Positions 14,014-27,430 of a stretch of 64,000 bases of DNA are shown here, one piece after another. Position numbers and translations under genes: made by a program. Position 1 is the stretch's first letter, and every line of letters begins with the position of its first letter. The DNA comes from the human T2T-CHM13v2.0 reference genome, Homo sapiens, in NCBI GenBank assembly GCA_009914755.4, contig CP068257.2, positions 22,912,001 to 22,976,000 of the forward strand, given 5' to 3'. Below the pieces are notes generated by a model. It was not told where the DNA came from, did not search any database, and saw nothing but the letters and a program-made list of their open reading frames with translations.

Positions 14014-17000
14014 TGTGTTTATAAGAAAGGTCCAGGTTTTCTTTTCCTATGAGAATTTCTTCATAAGGGTGAGACTGGGAAGCAGGGAGCCATTCCAGAT
14101 TCTCTGCCTATAATTGAGAAATAAGGTCGCCCCATTGTCCAGGCTCTATTCCATTTAGTTTAGATGGCAAGAGGTACCATCATAATTTCAAACTAACTGA
14201 TATCAGAGTTTCTGCGTGTATGTTTCATATAGCTCCCTTTAGCTAATCACAGATTCCTTATTTACTATTGGCTTGAATTATGAATAGATAAATGCCAGAA
14301 TTTAGAAAGCAAACCTCACACTACTATGGCTCACAAAATCTTGACATAATCTGCTATTTACTTTGAAAAGAGCAAGATGGGAATCAAACTATGTTAACTG
14401 TGTATGTGTGTTCCATTATTTCATATTAATTTGCTAAATTATTCATTTTATCCTCCTTTGACATTCTAAATGCCATTAGGTTTGGTTTAGCTGGAGTAAG
14501 TCATCACTTTGGTTCACAGATCTGGATATTAATATCTTATCTCATAGGTTATTTGGTAAAAGTTATATATTTTTTTCACTGAACATTTATCCCTTTTTAA
14601 TTTTAATGTCATTCTCTTTCAGAACATGTATGTCCCCATGTAGTTTATTAATCAATACAGGGATTTCAAAAAAAAATGATGGGTGACAAGAGTAAGGAAA
14701 GGATATATTCTTCAGGATTCTTCAGAGAACCAGAACCAATAGGATACATATGGATGCATATAAGAAGATTTTTATTGTGGAAATTGACTCACACAATTAT
14801 GGAAGCTGTGAAGTTCCCTGATATGACATCTGCAAGCTGGAGAATCAGGAAAGCTGGTGGTATAATTGAGTCTGGTTCTGAATACCTGAGAACCAGGGAA
14901 GCCAACAAGAAAAATCACAATATGAGGCCAAAGGCCTGAAAAATAGGGAAGTGAGGATATCACTGGTATAAGTCCTAGAGTCTGAAAGCCCAAGTACCAG
15001 GGGTGCTGATGTCCAAGGGCAGGAGAAGATAGATGCTCCAGCTCAAGGGGACAGAGAGATTAAGAACTTGCCCTTCTTCCACTTTTTTGGTTCTACTTGA
15101 GCCCTTCATAAATTGGATGATGTCTGAGTTCACTGGTGAAGGCAGATCTTCCTCAGTGTATGGATTCAAAAGCTAATCTCTTCTGGAAGCACTCTCTCAG
15201 ACACATGCAGAAATAGTACTTTATTAGCTGTCTGGGCATTCCTCAATCCAATCAAGTTGACACCTAAAATTAACCACCACAGAGAAGGAGAAGAAAGCTT
15301 GAGGGAGAGGGGAAGATTATGATAAGAAGGACAAATGCCAATGCTTAGCAGTGAGTTATTGATTACAGATTCGTGGCTGCTGCAGAAAAGTTGTATTGGA
15401 AATGGCTCCAAGTACATAGTGCCCCACTTACCCTATAATCTTCCAGATACTTTTTCAAGTAAGAAGATATGAGCAGAACCCTTTACAATTTTGCTCTTCT
15501 TTCTTTCAAAAGCATTTGACCATGTGATTCTGTGTTTTCTCTTTGACTTAATTCAAATTATAACTCTAGATATTTTTAGTATTAAGAATTTGAGTTTAAA
15601 ATACTTTCCTAAATTTGATAAAGGTAATGTTTCTCATTTGATCCATCATTTTCATTGTTTAAGTTAATTTAAGTATTAGAAAAGGGTATGATTCTAGTTA
15701 AAGAATTTGAATCCAACACTTAATCATAGTATACACAAATGAGTTAAATAAGAAGGATGACCTATGAATGAATAAGGCAGTGAAAGTTGATTTACAGATA
15801 ATTGTTATTAATAAAATATTCAATAACTTTAATTTTGTGCAGAAGTAATATTTATAAGTCATATAAATTTCATTCTGCATAGGTATCAATTCTTCATTTT
15901 TTAAAAAATCTGGACTAATCAAATTTTGTGTTTTGTAATGAAATAGACATCTTACAATATTTTTAATGGAAGGAATTATACAGAAGTGTAATAATTAAAT
16001 GCAGAAGTAACTATTAATTATTTTATGATATAATCCTGCAAGAATTTCCTGTTTCTTGAGAAATTATTGTGCCTAAAACTAAAAAGTTGAATTAATTTTT
16101 TTAAGTTAAGGATAACTACTATAATCAAGATTTCCATATACTCACTTTTATACAACATAGTTTTTTTTCTTACTTGTAAGTAGAAATGCATTTAGCTTTA
16201 ACCATCCCAGGAATCTAATTTGGTTTCTTTTTGTTAGAATTTCTTATTTTCTTTTTTAGCAATGAATACACTAGGGTTAGGCATTTGCCTTGATTAGAGC
16301 ATTTTAAATATGTAAATGCTGAGTAAAAACAAGCAAGATGTTAAAGCAAGACGCTTACAACAAATTTCAATCACCCAAAATATCTCAGATATACAATAGA
16401 CTATATTATAATCTTGGGTATACTATTAGGAGATAAATTATGCTTCATTTCCCTAATTAATTGCATTACATTGATACAAAATGCCAAACACTAAATAGTA
16501 AATATTAAGACAGCATTTGTAAGTAGTTTAAAGTAATTTAAACTTAATTAAATTGAAATGGCACTCAAAGAACACAATTATTCTGTTCATTGTGACATTT
16601 AAATGGTAATACTCACTATAAAAGTGATAAGTTAGATGAATGTTTCCCAACTAAATCATGTTTTTAAATTTTAAATAGACCTATAAGCATTCAAAATGAA
16701 GATTATATTTGTAATTATCCATTTCAACTTCTTTGTGTTATTTTTTCCTCATTTTTGAAAATGAGTGATATGTTCCCACATTTGTTACAAGGATCTCAAA
16801 ATAAATACTTTTAAATTATTTGAATAGATATAAATTTTATCTTAGCACTTGCTGAACACACTCTATCATTCAATTTAACTCTCTCAATCTTAAAGATATG
16901 TAAAGTGAGGGCACTCAACAGATTTCCTAAATATGAATTACAAATGTTGTAATTCATGTTAATTCACAAATATTAATTCATGTTAAATTAAAAATTCTGA

Positions 17001-17234
17001 AGTTATAAAATTATTTTATCCTACAAAAAATTCTACATAACAAAAAAATAACCTGCATTGAGTTATTGCTTTTACTCCTAATATTCCTTCTAAATAAGCC
17101 GAACCCAAGCATAGTAAGGGACTCAGAGGAAAAACATAAAGGTTGGGTGCAAACAACTAAAGTGAGTCTCCAGGATCAAAATTTCCAGATATTCCCAACA
17201 CGAAGTGCTTCCCAGGCTGTAATGCTAACTGCTA

Positions 17235-17596
17235 TGTGCTGAATTATTCCCACCTTTCAAATTCATATGTTAGTCCTAACCCTTAGGACCTCAGAATGTG
17301 ACTATATTTGGAGATAGGGTCTTTAATTAGGTAACTAAATTAAAATGAGGTTATTAGTGTAAGCCTTAATTCAGTAGGACTGGTGTCCTTATAAGAAGAG
17401 AAAAATAGGACACAGACTGATACAGAGGGAAGATCACATGAAGAAAAGAAGGAGACAGCCATCTTACAGCCAAGGAGGGAGGACTTAGTGGAAATCAACC
17501 CTGCTGATGCCTTGATCTTAGGCTTCCAGCCTACAGAACTGTGAAAAAATAAACTTCTGTTGCTTAAGCCACTTAATCAGTTATGTTTTGTTAAGA
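17235..17596 (+). mobile_element. MLT1-type MaLR LTR fragment (family assignment from memory of the consensus)
   Basis: '…gtgactatatttggagatagggtctttaattaggtaactaaattaaaatgaggttattag…ggtgtccttataagaagag…cttccagcctacagaactgtgaaaaaataaacttctgttgcttaagccac'. Confidence 0.6.
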
Positions 17597-20500
17597 AAGG
17601 TTGAGAAAACTAATACAATAATGCATAAAAAAACTAGATAATATAGACAATTGATTACAGTATTATCTGTAAGGAATCCAGCCAAAGTCAGAGGGGTAAT
17701 ACCAGGATACTACATCCTCAGAAACTACCAGGTAGGGTGATTTGAATCCAGCTCTACATAATTGAAATGTGTTCACTAATGAAATAAATATTATATATCA
17801 TTTATATACACCTACATTGTACATACACACATGCACACATGTATGCAAATACATAATTTTATACACAAAAGTAATACATAATATGTATATATTTATATGT
17901 ATTTTGTTTATAGTTCATTTATATTTTTCAAATATATATTAAAATACAAACTTCCTTTTTTTACCCAATTCTACATTCTCTTTATTTTTTTCACAGGATC
18001 TTGATTATTTCCAATATTTTTCCTGAATTTATTAGCTTTACATAGTCTATCACTATGAACAAACCTTGATATCTTTCTCCCTTCCATTTCAATAATCATC
18101 CTTATAAGCAATTCCGCCATCTCAATACTTTTCTGTTTATTTCTTATATCGGCATTTTGAATTATCGAAACATTACTTGTTTTCCACAAACTGTGATGTA
18201 AGCTTTCTTCTTTTCTCTCTTTTTAAATTTCTTTTAAAAAGGATATCTACTTTAAAACTTTTAATAGTATAATTTTCCCTCAACTCTTCATTTTAATGAA
18301 ACACTGCAAGATAACACTTTTAAGAGCGAATCCTACATTTTTAAGCAAAACTATTTTAAAAAATATAAAATCTCATCCATTTTATTCAGACTTTAAGTTC
18401 ACGGCCAACGGAACCATTTTTTTTTTTTTCATATTTGACTACTGTAGATGAATCTGTGAGAAAAACCTGAAGCCATGGTCAAAAAAACAGTTATCCAATA
18501 TGGCAGAAGTTTGGAGATAAACTGAAGAACGAAAGCTAAGATTTCCTGAGACAGACAGGACTGTTTCTCACTGAAGATGAATACAGTGTTAACATATCCT
18601 AGGAGAAACAGGCATTTGGAAAATATTTATCTTTAACTGTTCAGTATTTTGATGCATACATAGGACCCAAACAGCAAATACACAGACAAGTAATTAGCCA
18701 TGAGTTAGACAGGGATCTTAGAAATTCATCATTGTGCTGAACAGGTGGAAAACATTTAAAATTGTTTAGAGACACTCGACTACTGCATCCCGTGACACAC
18801 GAGTTTGTGACTGTCTTCGTGTCCTAAATTGATTTTAATTTCAACTCTTATGTGGAAACGTACTGCATAAAAACATTAATTCTCTCTATAAAGAATAGTT
18901 AGTGAAGAATATTCTTAAAACATCCACAATTTTCTAAGCAATGCCTTAAGCTCAGCATTATAGTCATCAATGGAAGTACTTATATAATTTCAAATTTTTA
19001 TTTAAAAATAAGCAGAAATAATATGATTTCAAAAATCAATTTTGTTCTGCCATTAAATGTCTGATTGTTAATTAGTACCATTTAAATGTGACTTGGTGTA
19101 TATTCTGTTTGTATCTGCAATCAAATAATTTAATTATCTTCTAAATACTTGTGGGGTTTTTTTTACTACCAATTCTAATGGCAAAAAATGTAATTTTCCT
19201 TGAGAAAGTTTGTAATAAACTGGAATATATTCATAATTCTAGAAGAACTAAAAGACCTTTTAAAAACATTCTATTAATGCTAACTATAAAATGTTTACCT
19301 TTAAAAACATGGAAATTCGAAATTACATTTGGAAAAGTTATTATTGTTAAAGGAAGCAAATTTTTCAGGTAGTTGAGTCACCTTGACAAGGATCATTATT
19401 ACATCATTTAAAGTAGAAAAAATTATCTGAGCTTTTTAAAATAAAAACAATTATTTGCTATTTTTACTAAAACATTGTGCAGTCATGATACCATATACCA
19501 GTTCCATACTCAAAATATGTAAAAATTATATATAAGGTTTGCTGTGCCTATCATTAAGTCATTTTTGCTTCGCTCCATTTCACTCCTGTCAGTCTGTAAG
19601 AAGCTTTAGTTATGCTCAACATATGTGAAAATCAAGTTTGGAATAATTATTCATGTCTATGTTTTTATTCTCTACTAAGCATTATATATGTTATATTACT
19701 TCATACATACAACACATGTAGCATGGGCAATTTTCTTACTTGTACCCCTTGTGAAGACTAATGCCAATCAAATCCCCAACCCATACTATGGTTAAATGCT
19801 TTCCATTAAAACCAACTGGGAGTAGAGCACAAACAATAATGTCACTGCTTTACGTTTGTGTCTCATTTCCCATCTACTTTATTCTGCCACAAACACATTC
19901 CTGTTAAGCCAACCAATCAAGATCTACAGGAAAAAAGTATAATTTATGTATTACAGGCAGCCACCAAGAATCCTCCTCACCCTTTAAAACAATAACTTTG
20001 AACGAAATATATATACACTAATGATCCACTGCCTATACATTAAACATAATGTCTTATAATTAAATATTCTCCTTTATATTTTTTATGAAATCCGAGCGAG
20101 GACAAATATCTTGACAAAGGCTACTGATCATAGCATCAGTTCTGTGCCTTACTGCATGACGAGTTGGTCTGTTATAAAATTATTTCTACTGAAATCAACT
20201 GCTTAAATGACCTTACCTCCAAGACAGTTCTGCCATTTATGTAAAACCATTTATATCTAAAAATTCCAACTGGGATCGAAAATAGCAATTTAACTGGATT
20301 GTCTCCCTTTCATTCTTTAAAATACTCTAGTGTCATCATGAAAATTACAATTACGTTTAAGCCATTTTTATTATCACTATCTTTTTTAGTAAGTAGTGAC
20401 AAATCGAAAGCACTCACAGGAAATTGAAATGCTAAAATGAATTGAAGAGTAAGCCAATGCATTTTAAGAAAATGCTAACACAGAGAGAAATAAATCCCTT

Positions 20501-21190
20501 TTCTAAAAGAAGGATAGTGAATAAATTACATTGCCTTTATATTGGCTTTCAGATTGGCTTTTTAGTCTCTCACATATCCTTTTAGAGAATAATATAACAT
20601 ATAAAATTCAGCTGCATTTCTTTTTATCATTTTAACTTGAGCAAAAATAACTGCTAGTCATTATCATTTTAATTTTCATAAAATTAACCATTATGTTTCC
20701 TCAAGATAAAGTGGCAGTAAATTATTAGAATAGTGCTCCTTTCATGATAAAATTACTCTATTTAATTGTTTAGGTTTAAAAGTTCATCATCTTTATCAAA
20801 GGGTCTCTTGTAGTAAAAGTTAAAGCAAACCTTAATTAATAGTTAATCTTTTCTGTGATTATGAAAAAATGCTCCTATTCATATTTAAATTATAGTTACT
20901 TAATGAAAACATTAAGATTTTAATTCTGATTCTTTTTGGCTTGAGGTCAGGACAAAATATCTGTGGAGTGGAGAGAATATGGCAACTTTTGAGCTATATT
21001 GGTGGCATGACCTCTCATTATTCTCAATATAAAATAATCATGCCATTATCTTCTCACTTTATGTACTACTGAAATAACTCATTGATAAACAAATGTAAAA
21101 TAAACCTTATGACCTCAAGTCTCATACTTATTATTTGTATTAAATTTATATTATGGTCAAAATTCCCTTAAAACCTCTCTTCTATTGCAA

Positions 21191-21307
21191 AGGCTTTGAA
21201 AGGTGTTGATTTATCCGAGCCAACCTATAGGACAAATGATCCAGGCTTGGATACGTTGATGGATAACAACCAGTCAGAATCCTCATTATTAACGATCTAC
21301 TCCTATC
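21191..21307 (+). other. Exon-like segment (hypothetical): 117-nt open frame bounded by an AG acceptor after a polypyrimidine tract and a consensus GTAAGT donor; retains 4 CpGs
   Basis: 'cctctcttctattgcaaag|GCTTTGAAAGGTGTTGATTTATCCGAGCCAACCTATAGGACAAATGATCCAGGCTTGGATACGTTGATGGATAACAACCAGTCAGAATCCTCATTATTAACGATCTACTCCTATCG|gtaagtttta'. Single open frame ALKGVDLSEPTYRTNDPGLDTLMDNNQSESSLLTIYSYR. I do not recognise the peptide. Confidence 0.2.
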
Positions 21308-21649
21308 GGTAAGTTTTATGAGCCTCCTGTTATCATATGGAACGAACTTTTTGCAGTAGATGAACATGAGGAAAAGGGACAGAGAGAGGCTGTTGGATGA
21401 AAAAAAAACGAAGATTAAAAACTCTGACAATATTGCCAAGGCTCTGTATCCAACCATTTCTGAAACTAATTTATATATTTGTTACCTTAGAATTGTATTG
21501 TGTTATTTATTATTATTTTCTTTTTATGCCTGAAATGTTTAATAGTCTGATAGCATTTAACATAATCTATATTAGATTTTACTGTGTGCTTTGCAAATGA
21601 TTTTGCTATGGTTTAAATGTCTTCTCCAAAAATCATGTTAAAACTTAAT

Positions 21650-22140
21650 TGTCATTGTAACAGTGTTGAGAAGCATGACCTTTAAGAGGTCATTTAGTCA
21701 TAAGGCTCTGCCCTCAAATGGATTAATGCTGTCATGGGGAGAGTGGGTTCCTGATGAAAGGCAGGAGGCAGAGGTCTGGGGGAAAATGCCGTGGTTCTCA
21801 TGTCCCCTTCAAAATTCATATTACAAGTTAATTGACATCAGAACAGTGTTGAGAGGTGGTACCTTTAGGAGATGATTAAGTCATGAAGGCTCTGCCCTAT
21901 AAATGGATTAATGTGATATCACCAAAGTAGATTAGTTATGTCAGGAGTGAGTTACTGTTGAAAGGATGAAGTGCATTTGCTTGCCTTCTGCTATGAGAAG
22001 CCACAGCATGAAGGCCCTTTCAAGACTCCAGCATCTTGATATTAGACTTTCCATCCTCCAAAACTGTGAGAAATAAATTTATTTTCTTTATAAATTACTT
22101 AGCCTGTGGTATTCTGTTATGGCAGCAGAAAACAAATTAG
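21650..22140 (+). mobile_element. MLT1-type MaLR LTR with an internal ~190-bp duplicated segment
   Basis: Two similar blocks: 'acagtgttgagaagcatgacctttaagaggtcatttagtcataaggctctgccctcaaatggattaatgctgtcat' (about 21661-21736) and 'acagtgttgagaggtggtacctttaggagatgattaagtcatgaaggctctgccctataaatggattaatgtgatatcacc' (about 21843-21925). Then '…ccatcctccaaaactgtgagaaataaatttattttctttataaattacttagcctgtggtattctgttatggcagcag'. Confidence 0.6.
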
Positions 22141-23337
22141 AACAGATATAAACAAAACTACAAAAATTTATCATTTTCAATTCAAACAGTGAAATTGTTC
22201 ACAGATGGTGATACTTGACATAGGCTTTTTCAAGTGACAGACCCTATAAACATGAACATAGTTGATTCAACATAAGAACTAAGATGGACAGCCTTTCTTT
22301 CTCAAGAGGAATTGTTGAAAATCCTTTATGTGCTGAAGATAAGCCACTAATTAAACTGCTACTTTCTGGGCTTTGGGAGTTATAGTTAGGTAAACAAGAC
22401 TTAAGGAACTATGATAGAGAACTGTGAATGTTGATGTGGGCTGGCTACTTCTTGTAGTCTTCAGTAACATGAAAAAGAAAGAATTCCACAGTCCAACTAT
22501 GAAAAATAGTCAGGTAAACAGTTGAAATTCATTTTAATTAAGTGTCATAGAAGTACATTTCTGAACATTAATGGTGAGAATTCTGCTTCTTACCATGTTA
22601 TTTCTACTCCCGTTTTCAATCGTTTCAACTCTTAATACAACAGGAACCCTAAAATGTGATTATTGTTTCAGTGTCCTTAAAAATTAAGAAAGAAAGCAAC
22701 TCTATTCTTTATACATATAAAAACTAGCATTATTAAGTTTTTTTTCCAACTCACAGGATAAATACAATTCAATGACTGTATAACCAGATATAAGAAACAC
22801 AAAAGTTTAAATAAAAGTTCTTCAGTGGAAAACAAAAATAGTATTACACTATGTATTTTTAGAATCTAAGAACTGACTTCAGCATTGACATATTTGTGGC
22901 TTAATACTTCCTAAATTTTATCTCAGTAACAGCTGTCTTTGAATTCTGGCAGAATATAACAGTATGAATGGACATTAAGATCATAGGTCCTTTTCGTAAT
23001 GAAGTGATGAATTGCCTTATTTCTTTTTACTTCCTTCTTCAGTATATCACTTTCAGTAAAAGTTGAAGACTATAATAAATTGACATCGTATTTCCAAACC
23101 CTCTTCTTTATACTGAAGGTCATTTGGTTATGAGTTTGCTAGTAATTTCCAATAAGAGGCTATTGTCTAGATAATACTTAAATTTGTCATAGAGCTTTAT
23201 TAGAGGTTGAATTAATGTTAATTATGCACAAAACACATGGCAGCTTTGAAATACACTTTTAAAAAATTAAGAATTGCATTATTTAAGGCATGAGTTTATT
23301 GTAGTTAAGTATACATTTTAATTTAATATTAAATATT

Positions 23338-23700
23338 CTGTGCAGCCATAAAAAGGAAAGTGATCATATCCTTTGCAGGGACGTGGATGGAGCTGGAAGC
23401 CAATATCCTCAGCAAGCTAACATAGAAACAGAAAACCAAACACTGCATGTTCTCATTTATAAGTGAGCGCTGAACAATGAGAACACAGGGAAGGGAACTA
23501 CACACACTGGGACTTGTTAAGGAGGCAGGGGGAGGGAGAACATCAGAAAAAATAGCTAATGCATGCAGGGCTTAATACCTAGGTGACGGGTTGATAGGTG
23601 CAGCAAACCACCACGGCACATGTATAATTATGTAACAAACCTGCACGTCCTGCACATGTATCCTGGAAGTTAAAATAGAATTAAATTAAATTTAAAAAAA
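23338..23700 (+). mobile_element. L1 3'-terminal fragment (L1PA-type 3' end, 5'-truncated)
   Basis: 'gcagccataaaaaggaaagtgatcatatcctttgcagggacgtggatggagctggaagccaatatcctcagcaagctaaca…ggtgcagcaaaccaccacggcacatgtataattatgtaacaaacctgcacgtcctgcacatgtatcc' followed by an A-rich tail. Confidence 0.9.
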
Positions 23701-25298
23701 TTCTGAAGTATGTAAGTAATATGCAGTTTAACTGGATCACATCTGAAGTTTTAAAAAAGTTTGAATCACGATGAATACTGAATTATCTTTAGAAAATGAG
23801 AATAACTATCTAAAATATATTTTAAAAAGTTAAAAAGTTAACAAACTTGCATAAAATTACAGGTCCGTACATTTAGCAAATCCACTTACACAAGTAGTGG
23901 TTGCTGTCTCTCTCCCAACCACTCCAAACCAGCAAGGCCTTAATACAAGAATGAGACTCTGAAAACAAGCAAGGATTTTAATCTTGACTCCATCACGAAA
24001 TAGCTGTGTGAACATGGGCAAACTGCTTTACTTCTGTAAGCAGCTTTGTCTGAATATTGGTAATATGATTAGGAAGAATAAATGAGATAGATCACATAAA
24101 GAAAGCCATTTTTACTTTGCCTTGGCCCAGTATGTACCCCTACATATTTGCTGTTCTAGTTTCTAATATGATTATTATTATAGTTACTGTTATAAATATA
24201 CACCCATTACTAAACAAACCTAAAATACATACATTCCAGTGATATACCACTGATTTTCAATTTTGGTAAAGGTATGTTTATTAAATATATGATTTCATGA
24301 AGCCATCTGCAGTTTATGGATTGCTTACTAATATTACTCTGTTAGTTAAGGTTCAATGCCCTTTTCAAATTTACATGTTCAAAATCAGAAATATTTGTAA
24401 ATATATATGAAATCATGTATAAGGAAAAAGACTTAAAATGTGTTTGGAATCCTGACTTTACCACTTCCTAGCTATGTGAGCTTAAGCAATCACCTGAATT
24501 CTTTGAGCTTGGGGCACCCTACACACTACCTACACCTGAGTGTAGAGATGACAGGCATTCCTTTTTTGTTTGCTTGTTTTCAGAAACCCTGTTTAGATAA
24601 GTAATCTGAGTGCTTCAAACCCAGCATACCTACCACCCTGTGGCAGCCCAGTCTTGCACTATTCGATGCATGAAATGGCACACTGCTCATTGAGAGTGAT
24701 CAGTTTGCCAGGCTGCTCTCCGGAAATCAGGGACCAGTCATCAGGCCCTGGGATACCCCTAGAGGCATGAATCTCAAAGCTTATGAGAGCATCTGAGATG
24801 AGTTGAGAGAGGATGTGCGGGAGTCAGAGTGCCTGAAGGAGAGACATGAAGACTGGAGACTGGGCCCACACAGGAATCAGCCTGGGCTCAGGACTCTCTA
24901 CCCACAAAATACCCTGGTCTTCAACTCTGTCAGGTACCAAAAAGGACCTTAAATTGTTTGCAAGAAGACACTCATAAATATGGAATTCTGTGAGGCTTGC
25001 AGCCCAAAGTAGGAATCTTGTTGTCTCAGATATGTGATCAGTAATGCTCCTCAGCTATAAAATGATAAATTAATATCTCATTGAATAGTACATAATTGTG
25101 GGTTTCAAAGATACTGTCTGAATAATGCTCCACACGGCTCCTGACATACAGCTGTATAGTGATAAGAAGAAATAGTTTCAAAACATGAAGCTATTTCAAG
25201 AATCAAAAGTAGAAGCCAGATCACAAGTTCACAAATCTTGTATATTATCTCTTGCTTAACTACAGCCCTGTACTGATTTATTTATAAAGAGCTCTAAT

Positions 25299-25603
25299 GG
25301 GGTCGGGCTCAGTAGCTCTCTCCTGTAATCCCAGCACTTTGGGAGGCAGAGGCGGGCGGATCAAGAGGTCAGGAGATTAAGACCATCCTGGCTAACAGGG
25401 TGAAACCCCGTCTCTACTAGAAATACAAAAAAAGTAGCCAGGCATGGTGGCGGGTGCCTGTAGTCCCAGCTACTGGGGAGGCTGAGGCAGGAGAATGGCG
25501 TGAATCCCGGAGGCGGAGCTTGCAGTGAGCCTAGATCGAGCCACTGCACTCCAGCCTGGGCGACAGAGCCAGACTCTGTCTCAAAAAAAAAAAAAAAAAA
25601 AAA
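25299..25603 (+). mobile_element. AluY-like SINE with ~22-nt poly-A tail and TSD 'aaagagc(t/c)ctaatgg'
   Basis: 'ggggtcgggctcagtagctctctcctgtaatcccagcactttgggaggcagaggcgggcggatcaagaggtcaggagattaagacc…gcctgggcgacagagccagactctgtctc'+A-run. The direct repeat flanks both ends. Confidence 0.93.
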
Positions 25604-26329
25604 GAGCCCTAATGGTTGAAAACTCCCCATGGACTCTGTCAATACCCAAATACATTTAAAAAAAAATAAACTCCAAATATTCTTCTGAAAAAAAAGAAAA
25701 ACTTGAGAATTTGGAAATCGTAAGTCATTAGTTCTTGAACTGATGTGTGCCCGAATCATCTGAAGAGATTGTTAAAACATAGATTGTTAGGACGTAATTC
25801 CAGAGTTTCTTTTCTGTAGGTGGGACTGAAATTTCTAGCAAGTCATTAAGTGATTCTGATGCTGCTGGTACAGGCATCACACTATTAGGAATTATTCTGA
25901 TGATTGTACCATGGCTCTGAACTGTCTTTTCTGTTTGTTAGGTCAAGTCTAAATTTATATTCTATTCAAGGAATTTAGGAAAGGCATATGCCCACATAGC
26001 AGACCTCCAAAATGTTTTAGAAGGTAATCGTCTCTGGCCCCTGCTCATCATCATTCTTATTCTATTGCTTTTATTTCCAGTATATATTTGTTGTTATATA
26101 ACATTTCATGCACACAAAACCAAATGTTACCATTATTCCTCTTTCTTGAATTAGATTGACTATAAAAAGGGCATGATAGCTGAAGGAGATCAATTCATCA
26201 GGAGAATATGACTCTTAAATTTATTTATTTAACTCACTGTTTTGGGAGTTCTGAAGCATTTGTTGACCTTTCTCTCTCATAACTTCACTTATATTATCAT
26301 CATTTTATTATATGTCCTTTTATTAATTT

Positions 26330-26739
26330 TGTGATATAGTTTGAATAGTATCCACACCCAAATGTCATGTTGAATCATAATCCACTGAATTGAAGTTGGT
26401 GCCTGGGGAGATGATTAAATCATGGGGGTGGGTTTCTTATGAATAAATTAGCACCATTCTCTTGGTGCTGTCCTCGTGCTAGTGAGTGACTTTCATGAGA
26501 TCTGGCTATTTAAATGTGTGTAGCATTTCGCGCTCTCTCTCTTGCTCCTGTTTTCACCACGCAACATACCTGTTCTCTCTTTGCCTTCCACCATGATTGG
26601 AAGTTTCCTGAGGCGTCCTCAGAAGCAGATGCCACTATGCTTCCTGTACAGCCTTCAGAACTGTAAGCCAGTAAAACTTCTTATAAATTACCCAGCCTCA
26701 GATGTTTGTTTATTGCAATGCAAGAATGGCCTAATACAT
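26330..26739 (+). mobile_element. MaLR solo LTR, older MST/MLT1-like subfamily
   Basis: 'tgtgatatagtttgaatagtatccacacccaaatgtcatgttgaatcataatcc…gccttccaccatgattggaagtttcctgagg…taaattacccagcctcagatgtttgtttattgcaatgcaagaatggcctaataca'. Confidence 0.75.
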
Positions 26740-27111
26740 TTTATAATCATAAGTAAATAAATATAAGTAAGACTACTATGAAATATTTTCAAATAAAATA
26801 ACTTTTCCACTAACATTGTGACAAACATTTGGGATCATAGATGTTTTTAAGCCAATATATTCCATTTCTATATGTGTCATGCTACAAGCATATTTTACTT
26901 AAATGCCAAATAAATATGCACATGTTACCAATCATGAGATTTGGGGAGGGGGTAGTTAAGTAATAAGTTGAAAATACTATAATGATTTTGTGGTGATATT
27001 TTATATAAAAATATTTTTCTTGAGAACAAGAATAGTTGGATTATTTTAAAACAAAATGAAACAAAACCTTGGTATTTCTTATAACAAACGAAATTTGAGA
27101 CAACATTTTAT

Positions 27112-27430
27112 GCTGGGCATGGTGGCTCACACCTGCAATCCCAGCACTTCGGGAAGCCAAGGTGAAAAGATTGCTTGCATTCAGGAGTTCGACATCAACC
27201 TGGGCAACATGGCAAAATCCATCTCTACAAAAAATACAAAAATTAGCCTAGCAGATGGTGCGTGCCTGTGTACTAGCCACTCGGGAGAGAGGCTGAGTTG
27301 GGAGGATGGCTTGAGCCCAGGAGGCTTGAGCCTGGGAGGCAGAGGTTGCAGTGAGCCCAGATCTTGCCACTGCACCCCAGTCTGGGCAACAGAATGAAAC
27401 CCTGTCTCAATCAACAACAACAACAAAAAC
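27112..27430 (+). mobile_element. Alu SINE, old AluJ/S-type, with an internal short duplication 'ggcttgagcccaggaggcttgagcctgggagg'
   Basis: 'gctgggcatggtggctcacacctgcaatcccagcacttcgggaagccaagg…gccactgcaccccagtctgggcaacagaatgaaaccctgtctcaatcaacaacaacaacaaaaac'. Confidence 0.9.

Noticed and set aside
24590-24960. Moderately GC-rich ~370-bp stretch ('…ggcagcccagtcttgcactattcgatgcatgaaatggcacactgctcattgagagtgatcag…gggctcaggactctctacc…') of unknown origin; a similar one at about 36790-37100
   Set aside because: I cannot assign either to a repeat family or to a gene feature with any confidence. They are possibly ancient unclassified repeats. Only a database search would tell.
25361-25759. ORF-track entries of 60-135 aa rich in '[10 protein letters not shown]…', '[13 protein letters not shown]…', '[10 protein letters not shown]' motifs (similar ones at 9965..10198, 11217..11438, 31608..32003, 48202..48543, 54612..55019, 55335..55601 and others)
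   Set aside because: These are the well-known spurious translations of Alu elements in sense or antisense. Each one lies wholly inside an Alu annotated above.
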